From positions 193,071-257,070 of the forward strand of contig OY970209.1 in the NCBI GenBank assembly GCA_963713855.1: 64,000 nucleotides of DNA, written 5' to 3'. Numbering within the stretch: the first letter of the stretch is position 1; each line of letters starts with the position of its first letter. The notes under the pieces were generated by a model that had not been told where the DNA came from, did not search any database, and worked only from the letters and a program-made list of their open reading frames with translations. Origin of the DNA: an uncultured bacterium. GTDB taxonomy: Bacteria > Babelota > Babeliae > Babelales > Babelaceae. Of this stretch, positions 28,341 to 37,792 are shown piece by piece. A program made the position numbers and the translations under genes.

Positions 28341-28569
28341 AAGAACACTCCTAGTCTCGTTCTATTTTTAGTGTACCAAATAGGCTTAAAATAGATAGCT
28401 AATACGGGACTTTTGTCAAACAAAGTGGGCCTGTAATTGACTTATTAGATGGTATACTTCTCCCTTTGGTAGCCTATTTGTCAAAAGAGTCAAAACTTGC
28501 TACAGTAGGAAAGAATACTAGGGAAAAGCACCTATCGCTGTTCCGGTATTTCGAACCTAGGAGTCATAC

Positions 28570-30363
28570 ATGGCAAAAGAACTACTTAAACCTCAGCAAT
28601 TTGCTAAAGCTGAGCATATATGGGATGCAGAAACCTATCGAATGAGCCCAGAAGAAGAACAAGGACTGGCTCAGCTATACGAAGGTATGTCTAGCTCCTA
28701 TAAGCGTGGCAGTATTATTACTGGCACAATCCTTTCAGTCTGCCCTGACGGGGCTCTTGTTGATATCAACTTCAAGTCTGAAGGCTTAGTACCGCTTCAT
28801 GAGTTCACTGAACCAGAGCTCAAAAAGTTTGTACCTGGCGCGAAGATTGACGTGATACTTGACGAATTTGAGAACGCAGATGGAAACATCTCTGTATCAT
28901 ACCAAAAGGCTAAAGCCCTCAGAGCATGGGAAGCCCTTATGAAGCTTTATGCGGAAAACAAGCCAGTAGAAGGCGTTGTACTCCATAAAGTTAAAGGCGG
29001 CTTAAGTGTAGATATCGGTGTACCCGCATTCTTACCAGGGTCCCAGATCGATGTACAGCGCGTTAATGACTTTGACCATTATGTCGGTCAAACGATTACC
29101 GCTTATATTCTGAAAGTAAATCCACGTCGAGGTAACGTCATTATTTCACGCAGGAAATACCTTAACGAGCAACGATCAGAAATACGTAAAAAGATTTTGG
29201 ATTCTCTCGAGGTAAATCAAGTTATTCAGGGTATGGTCAAAAACATTACCAATTACGGAGCATTTGTTGACATTGGTGGTGTCGATGGTCTTTTACATAT
29301 TACCGATATGACCTGGGGACGCATTTCTCACCCTACTGAATTACTCCGTATAGGCGATACCGTAACGGTTAAGGTGCTTTCTTTTGACAAGGTAAACGAA
29401 AAGATTTCTCTTGGCCTTAAGCAATTAGAATCGAATCCTTGGGATACAGTAAGCGCAGATCTTCAAGTGGGCTCAAAAATCAAAGGCACTATATCAAGCA
29501 TCACTGACTACGGCCTTTTTGTTGAAGTAGCAAAAGGAGTAGAAGGCCTTGTGCATATTTCTGAAGTGTCTTGGAGCGATCGCATTAGCGACCTTAATAG
29601 ACATTTTAAAGTTGGACAAGAAATCGAGGCTGTCATCGTGTCTCTTGATAAAGACAATCGCCGCATGTCACTCAGCATCAAACAACTTGGAAAAAATCCT
29701 TGGGATACTGTTTCTGAAGAGTACCAAGTTGGTCAAAAACTGAGCGGAAAAATAACAAATATTACCGATTTTGGTATTTTCGTACAGGTAATACCTGGTG
29801 TTGATGGCTTAGTGCATATCTCTGACATATCATGGACAGAGCATATTAAAAATCCGGCAGATCTTTATACCAAGGGCCAAGACGTTGACGTCATCATTAC
29901 AGACATTAATAAAGCCAAGAAGAAGATTTCTTTAAGCATCAAACAGCTTGAAGAAAATCCGTGGGAAAAACTTCAAGAAACATATCCTATTGGCTCGCAA
30001 GTAGAGGGTGAAGTTACTCGCATAAGCGAAGCTGGTGCATTTGTAAGGCTTCCCACTGGAATAGAAGGGTTTATACACACTTCTGAGCTTCCTGGTGATC
30101 GGACAACGAAACTTGATGATGTCCTAAAAGTAGGTCAGAAAACCTCATTTAGAATTATCAAAGTTAACCAAGAGGAACATAAGGTAGGGCTTAGCTTACG
30201 CCCTGAAGGCGAAGAACGACGTGAGACACGCTCAACTGCCAAAGAAGCAAGATCTTCTAAAAAAGATGAATCACAAGCTCCTACGGTTAAGCCTAAATCA
30301 CAGTTACAGCTTGAACTTGAAAAGCACGCTGCACGTCTTCAAGAACAAAAGCCTTCAGAGTAA
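28570..30363 (+). CDS. rpsA: 30S ribosomal protein S1 (six S1 domains)
   Basis: 597 aa with six repeated S1 motifs (G.V..I.D.G.FV......GL.H.S...W). Confidence 0.93.
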   Translation: MAKELLKPQQFAKAEHIWDAETYRMSPEEEQGLAQLYEGMSSSYKRGSIITGTILSVCPDGALVDINFKSEGLVPLHEFTEPELKKFVPGAKIDVILDEFENADGNISVSYQKAKALRAWEALMKLYAENKPVEGVVLHKVKGGLSVDIGVPAFLPGSQIDVQRVNDFDHYVGQTITAYILKVNPRRGNVIISRRKYLNEQRSEIRKKILDSLEVNQVIQGMVKNITNYGAFVDIGGVDGLLHITDMTWGRISHPTELLRIGDTVTVKVLSFDKVNEKISLGLKQLESNPWDTVSADLQVGSKIKGTISSITDYGLFVEVAKGVEGLVHISEVSWSDRISDLNRHFKVGQEIEAVIVSLDKDNRRMSLSIKQLGKNPWDTVSEEYQVGQKLSGKITNITDFGIFVQVIPGVDGLVHISDISWTEHIKNPADLYTKGQDVDVIITDINKAKKKISLSIKQLEENPWEKLQETYPIGSQVEGEVTRISEAGAFVRLPTGIEGFIHTSELPGDRTTKLDDVLKVGQKTSFRIIKVNQEEHKVGLSLRPEGEERRETRSTAKEARSSKKDESQAPTVKPKSQLQLELEKHAARLQEQKPSE

Positions 30364-30375
30364 GAAAGGAACCCA

Positions 30376-30792
30376 ATGGCAGAACTCACCTGCGCTCTTA
30401 TAAAGCCAGATGCTATCAAAAGCCTCGATGCGGGCACTATCATTTCGCTCATTGAACTCAATAAGTTTGCTATTGTTCGTATGCAAAAGATGCATCTTAC
30501 AAGTACACAAGCAGAAGCTTTTTATGCAGTTCATAAAAGTAGGCCTTTTTTTGGTGAGCTTGTTGAATACGTCATCTCAGGTCCAATCATTGCTATGGCG
30601 CTTGAAAAAAACAACGCTATACAAGAGTGGCGCCAATTGATGGGAGCTACAGACCCGCTGCACGCAGCTCCAGGCACCATACGCAAAATGTTTGGTACCA
30701 GTATAGGAAGCAACTCTGTGCACGGATCAGACGCTCCGGAAACAGCCCAAGTTGAGCTCAAATTCTTCTTTCCTGATCTTTTTAGAAAGTAA
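30376..30792 (+). CDS. ndk: Nucleoside diphosphate kinase
   Basis: 138 aa. ALIKPDA..., NSVHGSDAPETAQVELKFFF. Directly downstream of rpsA. Confidence 0.9.
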   Translation: MAELTCALIKPDAIKSLDAGTIISLIELNKFAIVRMQKMHLTSTQAEAFYAVHKSRPFFGELVEYVISGPIIAMALEKNNAIQEWRQLMGATDPLHAAPGTIRKMFGTSIGSNSVHGSDAPETAQVELKFFFPDLFRK

Positions 30793-30804
30793 TTCTCATA
30801 AAAA

Positions 30805-30840
30805 GATGCCCGAGGTGTACTCGGGCATCTTAATGTTGTT
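30805..30840 (+). terminator. Rho-independent terminator after ndk (possibly bidirectional)
   Basis: Perfect 10-bp stem gatgcccgag/ctcgggcatc with 5-nt loop, followed by a T-rich run. Confidence 0.7.
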
Positions 30841-30865
30841 CAAAGATTTACTTAAAGCGCGGCTA

Positions 30866-31072
30866 TTACACTGCTGGTATAAAACGGGAACCAGCCATTA
30901 GGCGCAGACAGTATGACATCGCTCTCGGATCCATACAAACACCCATACCCCTCTCTTTCCGAAATTCCTTAGGCGGGCAAACCTGCTGGACACACATGCT
31001 TAACATATCTTGTCCTAAAAGTGCTGTAGAATAAAATCCCAGAGCGAGAAAGAGTAAAAGTTTTGCTTTCAT
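30866..31072 (-). CDS. Small secreted Cys-containing protein (tandem pair, copy 2)
   Basis: Start set at MKAKLLLFLALGFYSTALLGQD (31072). Shares the LLGQD..MC motif with the upstream neighbour. About 68 aa. Confidence 0.45.
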   Translation of the reverse strand: MKAKLLLFLALGFYSTALLGQDMLSMCVQQVCPPKEFRKERGMGVCMDPRAMSYCLRLMAGSRFIPAV

Positions 31073-31109
31073 AAAAAGTCCTTCGCCAATTAGTAGATTA
31101 GTTACACAT

Positions 31110-31406
31110 TTACTTTTTTTGAGGAGTCGTGGGTGCTGGTACCCCCATGAGTTCGTCAAATGCTTTTTCAAGTCTTTCTTTGTTTTTTGCCCAATAGCCA
31201 GGATCTTTCAAGCGCGCACAAGATTCGTCACATTTTTTTACGACCTCAGCGTCCGCGCATCTAGTGTCATACAATTCAGATTTAGGACATTTTGCGATCT
31301 CGCAAAGTCCTCGACACATACCGTAATAATCAAGATCCTGCCCCAAAAGAGTGACCGCATACTGTAGTCCAAAAAGTGAGACAGCGCATAAAAGCATCTT
31401 TTTCAT
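31110..31406 (-). CDS. Small secreted Cys-rich protein (tandem pair, copy 1)
   Basis: Start set at MKKMLLCAVSLFGLQYAVTLLGQD (31406). Mature part has 6 Cys (CRGLCEIAKCP...CADAEVVKKCDESC). Confidence 0.5.
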   Translation of the reverse strand: MKKMLLCAVSLFGLQYAVTLLGQDLDYYGMCRGLCEIAKCPKSELYDTRCADAEVVKKCDESCARLKDPGYWAKNKERLEKAFDELMGVPAPTTPQKK

Positions 31407-31505
31407 AATGAATCCTTGCTGAGCTATATATTTATTATAATTCAATTATATATAAAAATAACAAATTCATCAGGATATTAGCAATAGTTTTAAGCCTTGT
31501 AGGCG

Positions 31506-32495
31506 TTACTTTTGTAAGTGATCGAATATCTCTTTGATACCGGCTAAGGAGCCAAGAAGCGCGGTGGCCTCGTAAGGCACCACGATTAGTTTATTATCTT
31601 TGCCTTCTGTAAGCTGTGGAAGTGTTCGGATGTACTGGATAGCGACAAGGTAGGCACCTGCGTCCTTGTTAGGCATAGCACGAGCAATAAGTTCTAGAGC
31701 TTGAGCTTCAGCGTGAGCTGTACGAAGACGAGCATCTGATTCGCCTTCAGCCATGATAATTTTAGCCTCAGAGGCTCCACGAGCTTCGCGAACACGGGCT
31801 TCCTGATCACCTTCAGCCCGGAGAATAGCGGCCTGCTTGAAGCCTTCAGCTTCCAATATAACTGCACGCCGATCACGCTCTGCTCGCATCTGTTTTTCCA
31901 TAGCTTGGCGTATATCTGCTGGTGGGCGTACCTCTTGAAGCTCAACACGTGTCACATCTACTCCCCACTTATCGGCCGCCTCATCAAGGGTTTGGCGCAG
32001 TCGAGTATTAACTTGATCACGAGAAACAAGCATCTCATCAAGGTCCATCGATCCAATAACGTTCCTAAGCGTTGTTTGCGCAAGCTTTTCTATAGCTTCG
32101 GGTAAATCATATACCCCATAGACCGCCGCGTATGGATCAATAATACGGTAATAGACCAAAGCATTAATTTCTGTAGTAACGTTATCCCGTGTAATAACAC
32201 TCTGCTTTGGAAAATCGTACACCGCTTCCCTTAAATCAATGCGCTGTATTTTCTTTAAAAACCGGTAAAAGCGATCTCCCTCCATTTCTTTGACCTGCGT
32301 CCACACAACTCTACGCGCTTCATCAACAAAAGGAATAAGCACATGTAAACCCGGCCCCAATGTGCGATTATACCGCCCGAAGCGCTCAATAATCATTGCT
32401 TCGGCCTGCCTTACTCGATAAAAAGAGGACAAAAACAAAATAAAAAGCAGCAGAAAGGCAAGACCTGAAAATACAATGCCAAGAGAAACGAACAT
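31506..32495 (-). CDS. SPFH / band 7 family protein (stomatin/HflC-like) with N-terminal TM
   Basis: TM MFVSLGIVFSGLAFLLLFILFL, then an SPFH domain (IIERFGRYNRTLGPGLHVLIPFVD...) and a coiled-coil E/R-rich C-terminus. The ORF allows an earlier start at 32549. Confidence 0.85.
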   Translation of the reverse strand: MFVSLGIVFSGLAFLLLFILFLSSFYRVRQAEAMIIERFGRYNRTLGPGLHVLIPFVDEARRVVWTQVKEMEGDRFYRFLKKIQRIDLREAVYDFPKQSVITRDNVTTEINALVYYRIIDPYAAVYGVYDLPEAIEKLAQTTLRNVIGSMDLDEMLVSRDQVNTRLRQTLDEAADKWGVDVTRVELQEVRPPADIRQAMEKQMRAERDRRAVILEAEGFKQAAILRAEGDQEARVREARGASEAKIIMAEGESDARLRTAHAEAQALELIARAMPNKDAGAYLVAIQYIRTLPQLTEGKDNKLIVVPYEATALLGSLAGIKEIFDHLQK

Positions 32496-32683
32496 AGTAG
32501 ACCTTTCCAATAAGTATCGACAAAGAATGCATAATGCATTTTTTAGCATGACTCAAAATAGAATAATTACTAGTACAGTGAACCAAATACCCTTCAAAGA
32601 AAGGCAAACACTCCTTAACGACAAGTAATGTTGACACTCAACCTTGCTACCTGTGTACACTAAAGTCAAATAGGGAGATATAT

Positions 32684-33604
32684 ATGCGGCTTTTGAATTT
32701 TTTTATACTATTTTTAACTTTTATCGTACTCAAAGAAAGGTTGCTTGCTCGACCTAAAAAAACCAAAGTTAAAGAGGAAGAACCGCTCTTTTTGCCACCA
32801 CCAGGTAAGCCAATTACGATCTTTATACCTGGAGGTGCAAAGCCGGCTTCATCGTTCGTACCGTTTTTACAGGATGACTGTCCTCCGGGATTTTATCTTA
32901 TAAAAGATCTCCAAGGGTGGACTAATTGCCTTGGCAGAAAAGTGGCCTCAGCTCTTTCAAAAGCTGATCCTAAGCGTTTTTGTTATGATTCTTTTTACGT
33001 CTTTGGCTGGTCTAGTCTTTTGAGTTCCATCGAGCGAGAAAAGTATGGGGGGCAGTTTTATAGGCACCTTAAGATCCTACGCGAAGATCCACGTTATGCA
33101 AATACTCCGCTTACTGTATTAGCATACAGCCACGGTGGCAATGTAGCATTAAGCGCGGCCATTGCGGCTTTGGAGGTCAAGGATGAATCACCTCTTATTG
33201 ACCGGCTCATTACGATGGCTTGTCCGGTTGTTGCTCATACGGAGGACTACATCAATTCATCAATATTTAAGGAAGTCTTTGTGCTTTTTTCTAAAAGTGA
33301 CGTCTTTCAGGCTTCTGATCCCCAGGGCCTACAGCCAAGAAATGACACCTGTTTTACACCTCCATTTTTGTCCAAAAGGCGCTTTGACCCAAGCTTTAAA
33401 ATGGTACAAGCTGAAGTCAAATATAACAATCGTTCACGCACTGGACACCTAGGATTTATTAATAAAAACTTCTTACGCTATTTACCTCAAGTCCTTGATT
33501 TCCTAATCGACCAGCAAGCTAGCCTTAGGAAGGACAAAAAAAGCTGTTATTGCGTAAGCATCAATACAAAATATAAAACTGTTGAAGAGTGTAAAAAAGT
33601 CTAA
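32684..33604 (+). CDS. Secreted lipase/esterase-like alpha/beta hydrolase (paralog of 24106-25293)
   Basis: 306 aa. Signal peptide; VLAYSHGGNVALSAAIAAL conserved with the paralog. Confidence 0.55.
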   Translation: MRLLNFFILFLTFIVLKERLLARPKKTKVKEEEPLFLPPPGKPITIFIPGGAKPASSFVPFLQDDCPPGFYLIKDLQGWTNCLGRKVASALSKADPKRFCYDSFYVFGWSSLLSSIEREKYGGQFYRHLKILREDPRYANTPLTVLAYSHGGNVALSAAIAALEVKDESPLIDRLITMACPVVAHTEDYINSSIFKEVFVLFSKSDVFQASDPQGLQPRNDTCFTPPFLSKRRFDPSFKMVQAEVKYNNRSRTGHLGFINKNFLRYLPQVLDFLIDQQASLRKDKKSCYCVSINTKYKTVEECKKV

Positions 33605-33611
33605 TCAAAAA

Positions 33612-33656
33612 AGTGCCCAGCATTCTAAAAAATACTGGGCACTAGATATTTGTTTT
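33612..33656. terminator. Hairpin plus T-run between convergent genes
   Basis: agtgcccag ... ctgggcact 9-bp stem (large loop), followed by agatatttgtttt. Confidence 0.45.
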
Positions 33657-33674
33657 AATAACGGTCTTTAACTT

Positions 33675-34541
33675 CTAAAACACCTTTGAAGCTTCTTTAG
33701 AAAGAGTATTTTCTACGCTTTCTACTTTATCGTTTCCTATCTCAGGCTCAATCTTATCATCGTCCTCTTGGCCGTCATCATCATCGCCCACAAGGTCTTC
33801 TAGCGCATTAAAAAAATTCTTGCGAGCATCGATTGCTCGCCTTTCAATCTCTTTATCTATCAATAAGCAACCTTTGCGTACAACAGCGGACGTAAACTCC
33901 TTTTCTCTGCATATTTCCGGATACGATGCGCGAAGCTCACGAAGATCCGTTTTGAGACCCATCAGAAAATCGAGCATGTCCTCGATATCATTATATTCGA
34001 CATTTTCTAAAAGAATTTCTAAATCATTGAGTAACGGATCGCATTCTTCTGCACCCTCAACATCGGTAATATCTTTGGGCAAAACGAACGTATAGATAAA
34101 TTTAATGAGTTCTTTAAACGGGTACTGTATAGCAAGCTCTAAAAGCTCATAACGAGAATTAATATAATGAATACCGTGCTCAGAAATCACATCAATGGTT
34201 ATCTCATTTTTCAGCATACTCTGTTTTGACCGTAGCTGTATGTCGCTTTTAATAATACAGGTGGGTAAAGCATTCAACAAATCAGTATTGCAAATGAGTG
34301 CTTCTATTTTTTTCATGATTGCAGCATCATTTGAGCCTGGCTTACGAAGAACAATTAATTCTTTCAAGTGCTTAATTTTTTCAGAAAAACTAACGTCTTT
34401 AAACAGATCATCAAGCTCGTTGTATTCGTCTAATGTACAGGTAAGAGGATCAGGGTCTATTTCTTCTAACAAAGATACCGCGCTCTTGAGACTTGAAACC
34501 GAAAAGGCAAGAAGAAGTAAGAATATGCTACATTTTTTCAT
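33675..34541 (-). CDS. Hypothetical secreted protein with acidic C-terminus
   Basis: 288 aa. Signal peptide MKKCSIFLLLLAFSVSSLKS; Asp/Glu-rich tail DLVGDDDDGQEDDDKIEPE. No recognisable domain. Confidence 0.5.
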   Translation of the reverse strand: MKKCSIFLLLLAFSVSSLKSAVSLLEEIDPDPLTCTLDEYNELDDLFKDVSFSEKIKHLKELIVLRKPGSNDAAIMKKIEALICNTDLLNALPTCIIKSDIQLRSKQSMLKNEITIDVISEHGIHYINSRYELLELAIQYPFKELIKFIYTFVLPKDITDVEGAEECDPLLNDLEILLENVEYNDIEDMLDFLMGLKTDLRELRASYPEICREKEFTSAVVRKGCLLIDKEIERRAIDARKNFFNALEDLVGDDDDGQEDDDKIEPEIGNDKVESVENTLSKEASKVF

Positions 34542-34680
34542 GATTACGCTCCTTCGGTGTGAGAAAAAAGAAATCGTCAGCTTTTAACAATCTCTCTGTT
34601 ATTAAATACTACTCGAGGAAGACTGTAGCATAAAAATAAATACATGTAGAGCCAAACTTCAAGAATCAAAAAACCACAAT

Positions 34681-34708
34681 AAAAAAGCGTGCCTCACGGG
34701 CACGCTTA
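34681..34708 (-). terminator. Rho-independent terminator downstream of 34734-35024
   Basis: On the minus strand: stem agcgtgccc/gggcacgct followed by TTTTT. Confidence 0.6.
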
Positions 34709-34733
34709 AGCTTTAATCGGTACCTAGGAAGCT

Positions 34734-35024
34734 TTAATCGTATTTTTCTTCCATTTCAATTTCTTCAGTACCTTCAGGTGTAGTTTCAATTTCTTCCCCA
34801 AAGATTCCAGCTACGAGGTCCTCATCTCCTAACTGCTCTGAAGATGCATTTGTTTGACCCAGATCCATTGCCGGAGCTGCTCCTACTGGCTGAGCCCCCA
34901 ACGAACGAGTAGCATCGGTAGACATATCAGCAGGACCCATATCCTCACGCTTATAACCTGGACAGGCTGCGTATACTGATGCCCCATAAGTTAAAAATAG
35001 CGCTATCGCTAGTACCTGTTTCAT
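34734..35024 (-). CDS. Small secreted acidic protein
   Basis: 96 aa. Signal peptide MKQVLAIALFLTYGASVYAAC; acidic low-complexity C-terminus. Confidence 0.45.
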   Translation of the reverse strand: MKQVLAIALFLTYGASVYAACPGYKREDMGPADMSTDATRSLGAQPVGAAPAMDLGQTNASSEQLGDEDLVAGIFGEEIETTPEGTEEIEMEEKYD

Positions 35025-35159
35025 ATTTTATCTCCTCTTTTCGATATCACATTTATTTTTATTAGTAAAAATATAATTTTATTAAAAAATCTACTTTACT
35101 TTAATAAGATACTATAAGCGTTTTAATAAAATCAACTTTCTAGGCAAAAAAACAAGGCT

Positions 35160-36179
35160 ATGCTATCCTGCAAACGTATACTGAAAGTGCTCATGCTTAG
35201 CCTAACTCGCCCCAAGGGCGTCCTTAATAAATTACTTCAAACCACCTATATTCATGTACATCTTAGTTTGTTTACCTTGCCCGTTATTCTTTTTTGGGGA
35301 TTTCCCTTAGCGCCTTGGGCTGTTCTAGGAAACCTCATATTTGCTCCTTTCCTATCACTTTTTCTTCTGGCCTCTTCAGTGCTTTTTATAACCGAAGTAC
35401 TTCATATACCAAACTATCTAGTAGTGGCCGTTCTTAATGTAATAACCGTATTTTGGAAGAGCGCACTACATTTCACCCCAAGCACACCTTATGTTCTTTC
35501 TTCACCGCACATATTAATTACCTGCATCATAGGCCTAATCGGAGCTTTTATTGTCCATACAAGGAACACAACACTGTTGGAGCGAATGTGTTATCTTCTT
35601 ATACTCACCGCAAGCACCTGGACTTACCTCTATTGCTTCTGTCAACCAAAAGCAGCTTTAAAATCATTTTCTCCCACACTTTTATATGTAAAAACGAAAG
35701 AAACTGCGTTGTGTATCGACAGGGGTACTCGGCTATATGCCCAAGACCAAAAAATAGCTTCCTGGTTTAAAACATTAAGCTATGATCAGGATGCGCTGCA
35801 CATTCTTATCTTTTTAAAACCTACAACAAGCGCGCCCCGCATAGCAAAACTTTTTCTTAAAGGTATTCATCAAGCGCTGATCGTTCTTCCTCAAAGTGAA
35901 TACGAAAAGCCAACTCCGCTTACACGTGCGATAGATGAACTTTTAGCATGGTCAAAACAGCGCAATTATGTTGTTATACATGTCAAAGAAGGTACAATCT
36001 TACCCGATTTTTTAGGGCTATGTTTCAACGTTAAAGGAAAGATCCGTAGATCCCCGGAACACCAACAAACTCTTTTTACCCTCAAAAGCTCTCTTTTCGC
36101 ATCCCCTCTGCTTCCTGTAATAACACGGCGCGAGCGGGAGCAGCTTCAGCACCGATTAAAGCAAGCGGTAGACACATAA
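35160..36179 (+). CDS. Hypothetical polytopic membrane protein
   Basis: 339 aa with multiple hydrophobic segments in the N-terminal half. Its 3' end overlaps the convergent cyclase gene by about 98 nt. Confidence 0.45.
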   Translation: MLSCKRILKVLMLSLTRPKGVLNKLLQTTYIHVHLSLFTLPVILFWGFPLAPWAVLGNLIFAPFLSLFLLASSVLFITEVLHIPNYLVVAVLNVITVFWKSALHFTPSTPYVLSSPHILITCIIGLIGAFIVHTRNTTLLERMCYLLILTASTWTYLYCFCQPKAALKSFSPTLLYVKTKETALCIDRGTRLYAQDQKIASWFKTLSYDQDALHILIFLKPTTSAPRIAKLFLKGIHQALIVLPQSEYEKPTPLTRAIDELLAWSKQRNYVVIHVKEGTILPDFLGLCFNVKGKIRRSPEHQQTLFTLKSSLFASPLLPVITRREREQLQHRLKQAVDT

Positions 36180-36729
36180 GCGTGTATTTGCCCTCAGTAA
36201 CGTTTGCTAACCGAAGGCCTTCAATAAGTGCTACCCCATTACTTAACAAAATGGTATGCGTTGCATGGTCCGGTTGGTCTCGTTCAATGCCCAAATAATC
36301 AATACCAACTGTTATGACTCCCTTATCACGTAAATAACTAGCACCTGACTTATCAAGATACACAAAATGGGGATCAAAGGGATCAACGGAAGCAAGCAAA
36401 CTATTACGTGTCTTTAAAAGCACGCGCGAAGACCAAAGGGTACACCGCTCCAAGTGCTCTTTGCTAATAGCGTTGGTCACGTTGCTCACATCCAAAACAA
36501 CGCATGGACCACACAAACGCTCAAGAGGAACACTATCCACATACCCCTCTTCAGGCAAAAAATGAGCTGGGGCATCCACATGTGTTCCTGCATGAGCGGA
36601 ACAGACAATTCGCGACTCGCGCACTTGGTGAGTTTCCCAAACTTTTGTAGGATAGAGCGTAAAATCTTCTCTATTTTTGTACGTAGTCATGCCACTTACT
36701 AAAGGCCAACTAATATCTATAATAGTCAT
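36082..36729 (-). CDS. Cyclase-family protein (kynurenine formamidase-like)
   Basis: 215 aa. AHAGTHVDAPAHF motif and overall pattern of the putative-cyclase family. Confidence 0.65.
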   Translation of the reverse strand: MTIIDISWPLVSGMTTYKNREDFTLYPTKVWETHQVRESRIVCSAHAGTHVDAPAHFLPEEGYVDSVPLERLCGPCVVLDVSNVTNAISKEHLERCTLWSSRVLLKTRNSLLASVDPFDPHFVYLDKSGASYLRDKGVITVGIDYLGIERDQPDHATHTILLSNGVALIEGLRLANVTEGKYTLMCLPLALIGAEAAPARAVLLQEAEGMRKESF

Positions 36730-36742
36730 AAGATGTACCCTG

Positions 36743-37792
36743 CTATCTTCTTTTAGCTGCTTGATTTACCGGCAAAAAGGTCGATAATCCGTATGACAAT
36801 CCATCCCCCTTTGCCCGCCCTGCAACATGGCACAAAGTACCCTTTTTTACGAGAGCGATCACCTGCAAAAGCCCGTCCTTAAATGACTTGTCCTGGGGAG
36901 CATTCTTATACTTTCTTGCGTTCAGGAGATGCTCACCTGTAGCTCGAATATCAAAATAGTTCCGGGCATATGAAGGATAATTCTGAACGCGTGCGTGCTT
37001 TAATGACTGCAAAAGCGCGTCACGAATACCCTGCAAAAGTTCGCTCAAGGGCTTAAGCGTGTTAAGGTCAAAAAGTGCGGCCGAGTACTTTTTAGTCAAA
37101 TATTTATAATACTCTTCATGGGATTTAACAAAAGCGCGTCCAAGGCTTTCGGGGGTACGATTTCCATCCTTAAATGCCGAAATCATAAAATTGTAAGGCA
37201 ATCCCCCAACCCGCTCAGGTGTCTGAGATGCAAGCATAAGCCTTGCATAAGGACTAAAAATACTTATCATCTGATCTGTTGCTGTCAGCCCAGCATCTAA
37301 GATCACCAAATCTATAGTTTTATTGGATTCTGCCATAAATTTGCCAAGTGCTTCAGGCATCTCCGGAGTTACTAGAAATGACTTTCGAGCTACCTGCATC
37401 TCTTTTCCTGTATGATGTGCTATGACAACACATAAGTGATCGCCATTGTCACGAAGAGCTTTTCTCAAACCTTGTAAAAATAACCCACTATGGCCAAGGT
37501 TGCGAGCAGGCTTTTTTACATACTCCATCTCGTGACCTTTAATAGTACCGTCAAAGTAATCAGTTGGCTTGTCTTTAACGGTTCTGACAACATAAAAAAG
37601 AAGGTGCATGTCACTCGGCACCCCTTCACCCTCCATTGCAGAGCAGTTAAAATGAAGAGCGGACTCCTCCGAAATGTCAGCTACCATATAGCAAAAAACG
37701 GTCATTTTAGGTTTTTTTGGTGCTTGACCAAAAACAAAACCAGCATAAAAAATGCCCACCAAAGTACTTAAGGCTCGAAAGTTACGAATCAT
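36743..37792 (-). CDS. Hypothetical secreted protein
   Basis: 349 aa. Hydrophobic N-terminus MIRNFRALSTLVGIFYAGFVFGQA. No confident domain. Confidence 0.45.
   Translation of the reverse strand: MIRNFRALSTLVGIFYAGFVFGQAPKKPKMTVFCYMVADISEESALHFNCSAMEGEGVPSDMHLLFYVVRTVKDKPTDYFDGTIKGHEMEYVKKPARNLGHSGLFLQGLRKALRDNGDHLCVVIAHHTGKEMQVARKSFLVTPEMPEALGKFMAESNKTIDLVILDAGLTATDQMISIFSPYARLMLASQTPERVGGLPYNFMISAFKDGNRTPESLGRAFVKSHEEYYKYLTKKYSAALFDLNTLKPLSELLQGIRDALLQSLKHARVQNYPSYARNYFDIRATGEHLLNARKYKNAPQDKSFKDGLLQVIALVKKGTLCHVAGRAKGDGLSYGLSTFLPVNQAAKRR

Noticed and set aside
28530-28560. tRNA-like T-arm (tttcgaacc)
   Set aside because: No acceptor stem or anticodon arm can be folded. It sits directly in the rpsA RBS region.
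28341-28569. Sigma70-like promoter hexamers upstream of rpsA (ttgact / tatact)
   Set aside because: Spacing between candidate -35 and -10 is about 10 nt, not 16-18. Cannot support a promoter call by eye.
33162-33452. 96-aa plus-strand ORF in alternative frame
   Set aside because: Inside the lipase-like paralog gene, whose conservation with the second copy supports the annotated frame.
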